64,000 bases of DNA from a virus. Below, in pieces: positions 16,056 through 25,019 of the stretch (positions are counted from its first letter, which is position 1; each line of letters begins with the position of its first letter). The position numbers and the translations under genes were made by a program. The notes beneath the pieces were generated by a model. That model was not told where the DNA came from. It searched no databases and saw only the letters and a program-made list of their open reading frames with translations. The stretch lies in the IMG/VR virus record IMGVR_UViG_3300042806_000299, positions 4,469-68,468 of that record. One strand, given 5' to 3'.

Positions 16056-17258
16056 ATGGCAGCAGGAAAAAGAATAGGTAAGAAGTCCCAAGCGTCAAAT
16101 GACCACTTGGCACCATTAGCACCAACAATTACTTCAATAACAGATGTTGGCGCAAGACCATTTGGTAGCGGTGCATTAGTAGTTAATTTTACTCCTAATC
16201 CAAACGGTAATGCTGCAACATCATATACAGCAGCAGGCTTTTGCAGTGTACACAATACTATCCACTCTGCAACTGGCTCAAGTTCTCCTTTAACAATTAC
16301 TGGCTGGGGTTCAAATATTACTTCAACTATTACAGTTACTGCAACTAATAGCGCAGGAACATCACCAGCATCAGAAGGAGTACTTTCACCATTAATTACA
16401 ACAAGACCAGATAAACCTGCTGCACCTACTGCAACTACTCCTTCAGCAGGAGTTGATCGGATTACATGGTCTGCTCCAGCAAATGGTGGTAAGGCAATAA
16501 CTAGTTATAACTGGGCATCTTCTGACGGTAAGTCTGGATCAACAGCATCAACATCTGTTGACGTTGCACAAGAACAAGGATCTGCTCAGACATACACAGT
16601 TACAGCAACTAATGCTAATGGAACATCTCAAACATCTAATCCATCAAACAACGTAACTACAACATTCTCATTTGCTCCATTCGGTGCATTCGGTGCATTC
16701 GGTGCTTTTGGTGCATTCGGTGCATTTGGTGCATTTGGATTTAGTTTTTCATTAAACATAAATACAGAAGTTCTTATGTCAACAGTTGCAGGTGAACCAC
16801 AAGCATCAAAACCTGCTGGACAACTTCAAGTTGGAGATAAATTGTTAGCCTTAGATCTTGGAGACGAGGCTGATGACAATTCTCCAGCATATTGGCAAAA
16901 TTGGACATTGCCTTCAAATTTCACTCTATCAAATGAAAACGTTGTTGAAACTACAATTACATCAATTGGTATTGTCCCAGAAACAGAGTTCATTTATATT
17001 GATGGAGATATGTTTTCTCCTACACACTGGATTTTGACTAAAAAAGATGGCATTGTAAAATTTGTTCAGTCATCAGAAATAGATACAACATATCAAAGAT
17101 ATTCATATACAGAAAATTCATTTGTTGATATTGTTCTTGTTGAAACTCTAGAGTTAAATATGCAAAAAGTTGCTATAAACTGTGAGCCACACGATAACTT
17201 CTTTACTAAGCAAATGCTTGTAAAAGACTTTACGCCAAACAAAATACCGCCTGCTTAA
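16056..17258 (+). CDS. FN3-domain protein with (FGA)6 repeat and C-terminal Hint (Hedgehog/intein-like) domain
   Basis: Two FN3-like units (ITWSAPANGGKAITSY; YTVTATN..GTS..S); Hint blocks SLNINTEVLM, LQVGD, FSPTH, NFFT..MLVKD. Confidence 0.7.
   Translation: MAAGKRIGKKSQASNDHLAPLAPTITSITDVGARPFGSGALVVNFTPNPNGNAATSYTAAGFCSVHNTIHSATGSSSPLTITGWGSNITSTITVTATNSAGTSPASEGVLSPLITTRPDKPAAPTATTPSAGVDRITWSAPANGGKAITSYNWASSDGKSGSTASTSVDVAQEQGSAQTYTVTATNANGTSQTSNPSNNVTTTFSFAPFGAFGAFGAFGAFGAFGAFGFSFSLNINTEVLMSTVAGEPQASKPAGQLQVGDKLLALDLGDEADDNSPAYWQNWTLPSNFTLSNENVVETTITSIGIVPETEFIYIDGDMFSPTHWILTKKDGIVKFVQSSEIDTTYQRYSYTENSFVDIVLVETLELNMQKVAINCEPHDNFFTKQMLVKDFTPNKIPPA
16680..16739 (+). repeat. 9-nt tandem repeat tt[ct]ggtgc[at] x6 plus a partial copy, encoding (Phe-Gly-Ala)6-Phe-Gly
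   Basis: Read directly; variation only at third codon positions. Confidence 0.9.
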
Positions 17259-17287
17259 TATAACAGATTTATCTAATTTAATTGTTG

Positions 17288-17296
17288 TGATATACT
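17288..17296 (+). promoter_or_regulatory. extended -10 (TGaTATACT), leaderless start at 17303
   Basis: 6-nt spacer. Confidence 0.65.
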
Positions 17297-17302
17297 GTTA
17301 AT

Positions 17303-18049
17303 ATGAAAAAAAACAAGCCTTCAACGGTTAGGTTTATTAACACTTTTCCAAAAATGAAAAATGTTTTTCCTACTCCAGAACCTGCTGCAAAAAATATACC
17401 AACTTGGTATAAAAAACTTGAAAGTTTTTATGATAATGACACAACGCCAGTAAACGGTCATCAACAAATAACTGTTAAAAGGTGTGTTGCATTTTTAGAT
17501 ATGCTTTCAAGTGGATATATAATAAAAACACCATTTGATATATATATAGACACAACTGGAGATACACCACAATTTGATATTCCAGAAACAATGAAAGTAT
17601 TTGTTAGTCTTGGAAACAAGGCTTTAACTGGAAGTCATGATCTTAAACAAGTTGCTGGATACCCATTTGATAATGACAAATACATAGAATATCTATTTAG
17701 AGTAAATGTTGTTTGGACTGTTGAAACCGATCCTGGATATAGCACACTTTTTATACAGCCACAGCATCAAGAAGTTTCTCCACTATTTGCAATATCAGCA
17801 ATAATTGATACAGACACTTATCCATCCGATGGTTTGATGTCTTTTTTAGTAAAAAAGAATTTTAAAGGTGTTCTTCCAAAAGGAACTCCTTTGTTACAAA
17901 TAATTCCATTTAAAAGAGAAGAGTATAAATCAGAATATATAGAAACACAAGAAAAAGTTTCTCAAGTTAAAAACATAGGTTTACAAGTAAGAAGTGTTTT
18001 TAACTCTGGATATAAAAAATTTTTGTGGCACAAAAAGTCTTATAGGTAA
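17303..18049 (+). CDS. conserved phage protein, DUF6065-like (T.KRC.....GY; GTP..QIIPFKRE)
   Basis: Motif resemblance by eye; function unknown. Confidence 0.45.
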   Translation: MKKNKPSTVRFINTFPKMKNVFPTPEPAAKNIPTWYKKLESFYDNDTTPVNGHQQITVKRCVAFLDMLSSGYIIKTPFDIYIDTTGDTPQFDIPETMKVFVSLGNKALTGSHDLKQVAGYPFDNDKYIEYLFRVNVVWTVETDPGYSTLFIQPQHQEVSPLFAISAIIDTDTYPSDGLMSFLVKKNFKGVLPKGTPLLQIIPFKREEYKSEYIETQEKVSQVKNIGLQVRSVFNSGYKKFLWHKKSYR

Positions 18050-18059
18050 TTTTTTTTAT

Positions 18060-18108
18060 AAACTCTATACTATAACTTTAGGTAGAGTTTTGTTTTTTAT
18101 AAAACTCT
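18060..18108 (+). terminator. hairpin/U-tract terminator that can alternatively pair with a palindrome overlapping the nrdJ promoter
   Basis: aaactcta(18060-67)/tagagttt(18083-90) followed by a T-rich tract; agagtttt(18084-91)/aaaactct(18101-08). Confidence 0.4.
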
Positions 18109-18116
18109 GCTATAAT
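18108..18116 (+). promoter_or_regulatory. extended -10 (TGcTATAAT) for nrdJ; leadered with an AAAGGA SD
   Basis: Seen directly. Confidence 0.6.
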
Positions 18117-18150
18117 TAACACTTAATCCGTTTTTGAAAGGACGATACAA

Positions 18151-20181
18151 ATGTCAGATTTTTTTAGTTTTAAACTTCCAGAAGAATTTATAGAAAAGTA
18201 CAAAGTGCAAGATAGCCCATTTGGTTTTAAAGATGCAGCAGAAAACTCACTTGGAGAAATTACTTTTATTCGTACATATTCTAGAATGAAGGAAGATGGA
18301 ACTAAAGAAAGATGGCACGAGGTTTGTCGTCGAGTAATTGAAGGTATGTATTCAGTACAAAAGAATCATGCTAAAGAAAATCGCTTACCTTGGAATGACT
18401 ATAAGGCACAGAAGTCTGCACAAGAAGCATTCCAAAGAATGTTTGAACTAAAGTGGACACCACCAGGACGAGGCATGTGGGCATTTGGAACTCCTATGAC
18501 TATGGAAAAGAAAAACTCAGCAGCACTACAAAACTGTGCAATGGTATCCACCAAGGACCTTGATAAGAATGATCCAGGAGCATTATTTGCTTGGGTTATG
18601 GATGCTCTTATGCTTGGTATTGGCGTAGGGTTTGATACAGTAGGACAGGATAAGAATTTCTCAATCTATACCCCAACAGAACCAGAAGAGATATTTGAAA
18701 TTCCAGACACTCGTGAAGGTTGGGTAGAGTCAGTTAGAATTCTTATTAATTCATACCTAAGACCAAACCAAAGTATTCAGAAGTTTAACTATGATTTGAT
18801 CAGACCTCTTGGAGCACCTATTAAGGGCTTTGGAGGCGTTGCATCAGGACCTGCACCACTTATTAAGTTGCATGACCAGATAGACCGTGTAATTGGCTCC
18901 AGAGGCGGAGAAACCCTAGACTCTCGTGCTATTGTAGACCTTGTAAACCTTATTGGTACTTGTGTAGTATCAGGAAATGTTCGTAGATCAGCAACCCTTG
19001 CTTTGGGTAATGCAGGAGATGAAACATTTATGAATCTAAAGAACTCAGAGATGTTTCCAGAGCGTAACTCATTTGATCCAGAAAATCCAGGTTGGGCTTG
19101 GATGTCTAACAATTCTATTTCAGCAGAAGTAGGAACAAAGTATGAAGATTATGTAGATTTAATTACAGAAAACGGAGAACCAGGTTTTATCTGGCTTGAT
19201 GTTGCTCGTAATTATGGACGACTAAAGGATGCGCCAGACGGCAAGGATTACCGTGTGATGGGATTTAACCCATGTGCGGAGCAGCCATTAGAATCATACG
19301 AATTGTGCACACTTGTAGAAGTGCATTTAAATCGTCATGAGTCTAAGGAGGACTTTCTGCGTACCCTAAAGTTTGCATACCTTTATGGAAAGACTGTAAC
19401 ACTTGTTCCAACACACTGGCCACAAACAAACGGTATCATGCAACGTAATCGTCGTATCGGTACATCATTAACAGGTATTGCATCATTTGCAGATCAAAAT
19501 GGTTTGCCAACTGTTCGTGAGTGGATGGATGAAGGATATACAACAATTCGTAAATATGATCACTCTTACTCAGAATGGCTATGTGTTCGTGAATCAATTC
19601 GTGTAACAACAGTTAAGCCATCAGGATCAGTTTCAATTCTTTCTGGTGCAACTCCTGGAGTTCACTGGGGTCCTGGAGGAAACTTCTTTCTTCGTGCAGT
19701 TCGATTTGGAAATACAGATCCAATGATGCACTTGTTCAAAGCAGCAGGGTACACAATTGAAGATGACGTAGTGTCAGCAAATACATCAGTAGTTTACTTC
19801 CCAATCAAGTCAGGTCATCCAAGATCTGAAAAGGATGTAACATTATTTGAAAAGATTGCACTTGCTGCAACTGCCCAGAAGTACTGGTCTGATAATGGTG
19901 TTTCTGTAACACTTTCATTTGATAAGGAAACAGAATCAAAGCATGTTGTCCCAGCACTTCATATGTATGAGGGACAACTAAAAGCAGTTTCATTCCTACC
20001 AATGGGAAACACTGTTTATCCTCAGCAACCATATACTCAGATCACTGAAGAACAATATGAGTCCTATATCGGCAAGTTAAAACATATTGACTTTAGTGCA
20101 ATTTATGATGGTGTAGATAATCTTGAGGCACAAGGCGAAATGTATTGCACTACCGATTATTGTGAAATAAAAACCAACTAA
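18151..20181 (+). CDS. nrdJ: class II (adenosylcobalamin-dependent) ribonucleotide reductase, monomeric RTPR type
   Basis: TPPGRG, LQNC, VVSGNVRRSA, NPCAEQ finger loop, ELCTL, TTVKPSGSVS, C-terminal CTTDYC pair; no nrdB/F small subunit nearby. Confidence 0.95.
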   Translation: MSDFFSFKLPEEFIEKYKVQDSPFGFKDAAENSLGEITFIRTYSRMKEDGTKERWHEVCRRVIEGMYSVQKNHAKENRLPWNDYKAQKSAQEAFQRMFELKWTPPGRGMWAFGTPMTMEKKNSAALQNCAMVSTKDLDKNDPGALFAWVMDALMLGIGVGFDTVGQDKNFSIYTPTEPEEIFEIPDTREGWVESVRILINSYLRPNQSIQKFNYDLIRPLGAPIKGFGGVASGPAPLIKLHDQIDRVIGSRGGETLDSRAIVDLVNLIGTCVVSGNVRRSATLALGNAGDETFMNLKNSEMFPERNSFDPENPGWAWMSNNSISAEVGTKYEDYVDLITENGEPGFIWLDVARNYGRLKDAPDGKDYRVMGFNPCAEQPLESYELCTLVEVHLNRHESKEDFLRTLKFAYLYGKTVTLVPTHWPQTNGIMQRNRRIGTSLTGIASFADQNGLPTVREWMDEGYTTIRKYDHSYSEWLCVRESIRVTTVKPSGSVSILSGATPGVHWGPGGNFFLRAVRFGNTDPMMHLFKAAGYTIEDDVVSANTSVVYFPIKSGHPRSEKDVTLFEKIALAATAQKYWSDNGVSVTLSFDKETESKHVVPALHMYEGQLKAVSFLPMGNTVYPQQPYTQITEEQYESYIGKLKHIDFSAIYDGVDNLEAQGEMYCTTDYCEIKTN

Positions 20182-20189
20182 GGAGAAAA

Positions 20190-20642
20190 ATGAAAAGAGT
20201 ATTAGCGTCACTAGCAATTATTTTATTTGCTTTTGTTGGACTACAAGGCATAGATAAATCAAAAGATAGTTGTATCAATTTGTATGTTGATTATGGTCCA
20301 CTAGATGGCGGTACAAAAATAACAAAGTGTGTTGATGCATCTACCAAGACAATTGCGTTAGAAGTTTTAAAAAAGGCTAATCTTGAAATAGAAGGCACTA
20401 AGAAATATGGTTTAGCAGTTGTTTGTAGAGTTAACAATTTGCCAAACAAAAAGGTAGAGTCTTGTGAATCAATGCCATCAGAAAAGGCATACTGGGCAAT
20501 CATTATTAAAGAAAAGAAATTAATTCCTTTCCCTAAAAGTGAGTGGGGTTGGGGACAACTTGCAATAGATCAACAACTTTTAAGTCCAGGAGATTCAATA
20601 GGTTTGGTTTGGGCTAATAATGGAAAAGTAGTATTCCCATGA
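20190..20642 (+). CDS. exported protein, transcobalamin C-terminal-like (DUF4430-like), putative cobalamin-binding
   Basis: Signal peptide MKRVLASLAIILFAFVG; pattern T..LEVL...G..V.RVN.LP...YW...L.PGDSI; located between nrdJ and pduO. Confidence 0.6.
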   Translation: MKRVLASLAIILFAFVGLQGIDKSKDSCINLYVDYGPLDGGTKITKCVDASTKTIALEVLKKANLEIEGTKKYGLAVVCRVNNLPNKKVESCESMPSEKAYWAIIIKEKKLIPFPKSEWGWGQLAIDQQLLSPGDSIGLVWANNGKVVFP

Positions 20643-20773
20643 AACTATTAGATAAACACGTAGATCAAAAATCTTCTTATAAAATAATTGTTCAGTTTGC
20701 ACTGACCTTGCTTTGTTTGCATATAGCCAATATTAAAACAATAGATATTTGGCGTTCTTTGACAGGACACTAA
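20639..20773 (+). CDS. 44-aa single-helix membrane peptide MKLLDKHVDQKSSYKIIVQFALTLLCLHIANIKTIDIWRSLTGH
   Basis: Read by hand; ATGA overlap upstream and TAATG overlap with pduO. Confidence 0.65.
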   Translation: MKLLDKHVDQKSSYKIIVQFALTLLCLHIANIKTIDIWRSLTGH

Positions 20774-21267
20774 TGGTACATCTAACTCGTATTTATACGA
20801 AAACTGGTGATAACGGTCAGACATCAACTGCCACCAATGAAAGAATACACAAGGGAAGTGATTTGATTGAGGCAATTGGGTCGGTAGATGAAGCAAACTC
20901 TGCCATAGGAATGGCAACTGATTTTCATAACGATATTATAGATAGAATACAGAGTGACTTGTTTGATCTTGGTGCAGAACTATCTGGTGCCCCAACAATA
21001 ACAATATCAGAAGATAGAGTTACCTATTTAGAAAATATAATTGATGACTATAACGAATACCTAGAGCCACTGCATTCTTTTGTTCTACCTACTGGCCCAC
21101 TTCATAATGCAAGAACAATTGTGAGAAGGGCAGAGCGTGAGGTTTGGAAGGTAGAAGGTTTAAATATAAATATTGCAAAGTATTTAAACAGGCTCTCAGA
21201 TTTACTATTCGTAATGGCAAGATATCACAATAAAGGCAATGAAAAGTTATGGATTCCCAGAAATTAA
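20773..21267 (+). CDS. pduO: ATP:cob(I)alamin adenosyltransferase, PduO/MMAB type (start revised to ATG 20773)
   Basis: RIYTKTGD.G.T, EAIGSVDEANS, IQSDLFDLGAEL, FVLP, ART.VRRAER, YLNRLSDLLF..AR. Confidence 0.95.
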   Translation: MVHLTRIYTKTGDNGQTSTATNERIHKGSDLIEAIGSVDEANSAIGMATDFHNDIIDRIQSDLFDLGAELSGAPTITISEDRVTYLENIIDDYNEYLEPLHSFVLPTGPLHNARTIVRRAEREVWKVEGLNINIAKYLNRLSDLLFVMARYHNKGNEKLWIPRN

Positions 21268-21276
21268 TTTTTACCC

Positions 21277-21285
21277 TGCTATAAT
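21277..21285 (+). promoter_or_regulatory. extended -10 (TGcTATAAT), leadered with AGGAG SD for 21303
   Basis: Seen directly. Confidence 0.55.
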
Positions 21286-21302
21286 AGGGAAATAGGAGAA
21301 AA

Positions 21303-24300
21303 ATGTCTAGTCCATCAAATTTATATGCAGAAAAGGTGTTTGCAGAGCACCCAACTGTGTTGTGGGCACTAGATGATAAAGCAGACTATATCTCTCTTAT
21401 ATCTGAGGAACAAAGATCCGTATATTCTTGGGATATTTCTGGTGGAACGGCAAGCAATTTTACAGAGGCTATAGATGAACCATTTACCAATAGTTCTGTT
21501 ACAAAAATTCTAGGTAATTTAACTACAGAAGATTTTGGTGAGATTGTATGTATAAGCAATGACCTAGTAAACTTTTCAGAATTAAATTCTTACATGTCAA
21601 CATTTTCTGTAGGAGCATACATTTATTCAATTAGTTCTTATATTTCTAGCATTGAAATTGGATACGAATATTATGACACAACAACAGGAACAAATATTCA
21701 AAAATTAAAAAACTACAACACATCTGTCTCTAATAATTGGATGTTTGTATCTGAAACATTTGATATACCAGATGAAAATACAACCTTTAGAGTTGTGTTA
21801 AAAATAAGATATCTTGGTAATGCATCATCTACAGATGATTATGCTTTTTTGTTTAATGGGGTTAGTGTTGGTCAATGGTCAGAAGAGTTTCATTCTTCAT
21901 CACTTGGCATATCAAAAATATCTTTACCAACATCAATACCGCTAACAGCAACATCTGCTATAGAGGCCAAGTCTTATGGACTAAAACAAACTCCTGGCTA
22001 CTACTTCATTTCAAACAATGCGTTAGTAGCAAAAAATTCTGGAATACCTCTTGTTTATGGGTCAGGTAACACAACAGTTCTTGTCGAAAATGTAAATTCT
22101 CCATCATTAATTCTTCCTGGCTTTGGTTTTTTAAATGAGGATGGGAAGTTTAAAGAGTATACCCTAGAAATGTGGATGAGAATAAACTCAGATTCACCAA
22201 CCAAAAAAAGAATTTGTGGTCCAATTAAATCTAACGACGGAATATATGTTGACGGTCCTTTTATAACATTAAAGATTGGTAAAAACTATTCTTCTCACTA
22301 TGTTGGAGAATGGACAAGGCCAATGCTTATGCACATAAGAATAACTAATAATTCTGCAAGTTTATTAATAAATGGAGAACAGGTAATATCTTTAAATTTT
22401 ATAACAGATGAACTATCTTTTCCAGAAAAATATGACGAAGATGGTAAAAATCAAGATTGGATAGGATTTTATGCGTATGAGGATGTATATCCAATAGAAA
22501 TTGATTGCGTTGCAATATATCCTTATCAAGTTCCAGCATTGGTAGCAAAAAGAAGATTTGTTTATGGCCAAGGAGTAGAAGTTCCAGAAAACATTAATGC
22601 ATCTTACAGCGGGACATCTATGTTTATTGATTATGCTTTTGCTGATTATACAAAAAATTATTCTTATCCAGATCTAGTTAAATGGTCAGACGCTTCTATA
22701 GATAACCTTAATACTTCATCAAACTATTTGTCATGCCCAGACTATTATTTACCAGAATTATTTTTTAGCAATAAAACTAGCCAAGATTTTTATAATGATT
22801 CATATCTTTTGCCAAACGAAAGTAACCTTTATGTAAAAATGAGACCGTCTGCTTCCTGGAATGACACAAACGGATATATACTTTTTGATAAGTTAAATGT
22901 GACTAACAATGAAATTAAGTGTTTTTACGGCGTGTTTAAAATATTATCTACTCCAACATCAAATCAAACCTTTTTCAAAATAGAAGACGAATCAACAAAT
23001 AATAGTTTTTCAATTGAGTTAAAACCAAACTTAGAAATTGAATATAAGTTAAAATTTAATACATTAGAAGAGGTTATATATAAAACAATTATAGCAAGAG
23101 TTGGAGAAGAACTCACAGTAGGGCTTGATATTTCTAAATTTACAGAAAACTATGGAAGCAGTGCTAGTTTATTTTTTGGAAATCGTGCATCTTTAAAATT
23201 ATATGTTGGTGGAAGCAAAGAGTTAGATAAAACATTTACTGGTAATATATACAAGGTTGGATTTTCTACAGAAAGAAACTATTCTTACATAGCAGAACTG
23301 TTTAATGAATCTGGTGTGCCAGTACAATTTGAAGATGTGTTTGATAAGTTTGGACAATATATTGATTATGACGCTGGTGACTACCAGGGAGCAAGTCCAG
23401 ATTTTTGGAACTACGTTTTAGATGGAGGATCACCTGCTCAATATTCTTCTGTTAAATTGATTAACCATATTGCAAGTTATACACTAAGCCCAAAAAAATA
23501 TTTTGAAACATTTACTTTAGATATAGATATAGACGGATATTGGGAAGATAAAGTTGCTCTTAGACATTTTGCTCAGTATGTATTAGATGCCAAAGGCAAT
23601 GAACAATATGACTTAGATTTTCTTCAATTTAATATAAACTATCCATCTCCATCAAAATATACAGAGCAAGAAACTTCATCTGAATTGGGATGGAGTTATC
23701 AAGAATTACAAGCAGAATATCAAAGCCCAATTCAAAGAGGTTATGACTCTTTAGATAATCAACTATATACAGGATATAACGACTACCAAGACCTTGCAAA
23801 TAAATCTACAAAAAGTTATAAGTACGATACCTCAAATTCTCTTGTAAAATCCTATGTAACATTTCAATACCTTGAAAATACATCTACTAACACAGAGTCA
23901 TTTTTTACAACAACAGAACTTGCACCTAAAAACGGTATCGTAAATCCAGTAGGTAATTGGATTAATACAAAATATGAAGTAGTTGATGGAATGTTAATTT
24001 ATCCTCCAACTGGAATAGATTTTAATGACCTGTATGTTGTTCTTCACTTAAACTTTAAAGTTCTTGGAATATTAAATAAGCCTATTAACATTAGAAGTTT
24101 ACAACTTGCTTCTCAAGCATACAATGATTCTTCTGCTAATCCTATTGGAACTAGATTTGGTGTTCCTGTTTATCCATACAGGAAGTCTGGAATTTACTAT
24201 GATTATAAAGGAGTTAATCCATACACAATTTATAAGGGTACATCTCCGTACCTTTACTTAACAAAAAATTCTGGATTACAAATAAAGGGAACCTATGATC

Positions 24301-25001
24301 CGCTTATAGACCGTGGATTAGCAATTCCAATTAATTCAAATCAGTCTAGCAATTATAAGGTAATGGCTATGCAAGCAGCAATTAGATACGATCAAGATTT
24401 TTTTCCTTTTGCTCCAACACAAATTTTTGAAATAGAAAGTAAAGGCAATAGACTAAAAATATTTATGGTTGCAAATCATCCAGAAGGAAAGAGAGCAAAA
24501 ATCTATGCAGTAAATGCAAACACTGGTCAAATTGAAGATGGTATTGGCTTTTATTGGAATGGAAATATTGTTAAAGAACCAAATATTACAGTACGTGAAT
24601 GGGGAATGTTAGGTATTTCGTTTTCAAGCCTATTAGATTTTTCAAATTATGTTGGATCAATTAAGATAACTGGCCCAATCTTAGTTAATCTAGTTTCACA
24701 TTATAAGTCAACAAATCTGCAAGAAGTCCAAAATATTACAGTGCGACCATGGTTTAAAATAAAATTTAACGGTCCCTTAACCTTAGATTGGGAATACTGG
24801 AATCCAGCATATATTTGGCAAGGGGTTTTAATCTTATCAACAACCTCTTATTATGGAGTAAATCCAGGAGATATTTATAAGAGTTACGCTGGAACAAACA
24901 AGTTTATAATTGATGATACAAGGCTTTTTAGGTTAAATAATTACCAATATTCTTTTGATACAGAAATATCTTGGCAGTCATCAACCGAAAATGCCATCTA
25001 A
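21303..25001 (+). CDS. large virion protein (1232 aa) with LamG/ConA-like and carbohydrate-binding-type domains
   Basis: N-terminal 'YAEKVFAEHP.VLWALDD' and 'YTLEMW.RI...W...M....NN..SL.INGE' resemble LamG-type phage tail proteins. Confidence 0.55.
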   Translation: MSSPSNLYAEKVFAEHPTVLWALDDKADYISLISEEQRSVYSWDISGGTASNFTEAIDEPFTNSSVTKILGNLTTEDFGEIVCISNDLVNFSELNSYMSTFSVGAYIYSISSYISSIEIGYEYYDTTTGTNIQKLKNYNTSVSNNWMFVSETFDIPDENTTFRVVLKIRYLGNASSTDDYAFLFNGVSVGQWSEEFHSSSLGISKISLPTSIPLTATSAIEAKSYGLKQTPGYYFISNNALVAKNSGIPLVYGSGNTTVLVENVNSPSLILPGFGFLNEDGKFKEYTLEMWMRINSDSPTKKRICGPIKSNDGIYVDGPFITLKIGKNYSSHYVGEWTRPMLMHIRITNNSASLLINGEQVISLNFITDELSFPEKYDEDGKNQDWIGFYAYEDVYPIEIDCVAIYPYQVPALVAKRRFVYGQGVEVPENINASYSGTSMFIDYAFADYTKNYSYPDLVKWSDASIDNLNTSSNYLSCPDYYLPELFFSNKTSQDFYNDSYLLPNESNLYVKMRPSASWNDTNGYILFDKLNVTNNEIKCFYGVFKILSTPTSNQTFFKIEDESTNNSFSIELKPNLEIEYKLKFNTLEEVIYKTIIARVGEELTVGLDISKFTENYGSSASLFFGNRASLKLYVGGSKELDKTFTGNIYKVGFSTERNYSYIAELFNESGVPVQFEDVFDKFGQYIDYDAGDYQGASPDFWNYVLDGGSPAQYSSVKLINHIASYTLSPKKYFETFTLDIDIDGYWEDKVALRHFAQYVLDAKGNEQYDLDFLQFNINYPSPSKYTEQETSSELGWSYQELQAEYQSPIQRGYDSLDNQLYTGYNDYQDLANKSTKSYKYDTSNSLVKSYVTFQYLENTSTNTESFFTTTELAPKNGIVNPVGNWINTKYEVVDGMLIYPPTGIDFNDLYVVLHLNFKVLGILNKPINIRSLQLASQAYNDSSANPIGTRFGVPVYPYRKSGIYYDYKGVNPYTIYKGTSPYLYLTKNSGLQIKGTYDPLIDRGLAIPINSNQSSNYKVMAMQAAIRYDQDFFPFAPTQIFEIESKGNRLKIFMVANHPEGKRAKIYAVNANTGQIEDGIGFYWNGNIVKEPNITVREWGMLGISFSSLLDFSNYVGSIKITGPILVNLVSHYKSTNLQEVQNITVRPWFKIKFNGPLTLDWEYWNPAYIWQGVLILSTTSYYGVNPGDIYKSYAGTNKFIIDDTRLFRLNNYQYSFDTEISWQSSTENAI

Positions 25002-25003
25002 TA

Positions 25004-25012
25004 TGGTATACT
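25004..25012 (+). promoter_or_regulatory. extended -10 (TGgTATACT), leaderless start at 25020 (head operon)
   Basis: 7-nt spacer. Confidence 0.6.
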
Positions 25013-25019
25013 TGTTGAC

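Noticed and set aside
16680-16739. CRISPR array at the 9-nt or Pro/Thr repeats; Cas4-like gene at 60454 as a cas locus
   Set aside because: Repeats are in-frame coding units without unique spacers; Cas4-like nucleases are common stand-alone phage genes; no cas1/cas2
18050-18150. Cobalamin riboswitch or NrdR box upstream of nrdJ
   Set aside because: The predicted leader is only ~30 nt, with no B12-box-like sequence; no convincing NrdR consensus seen
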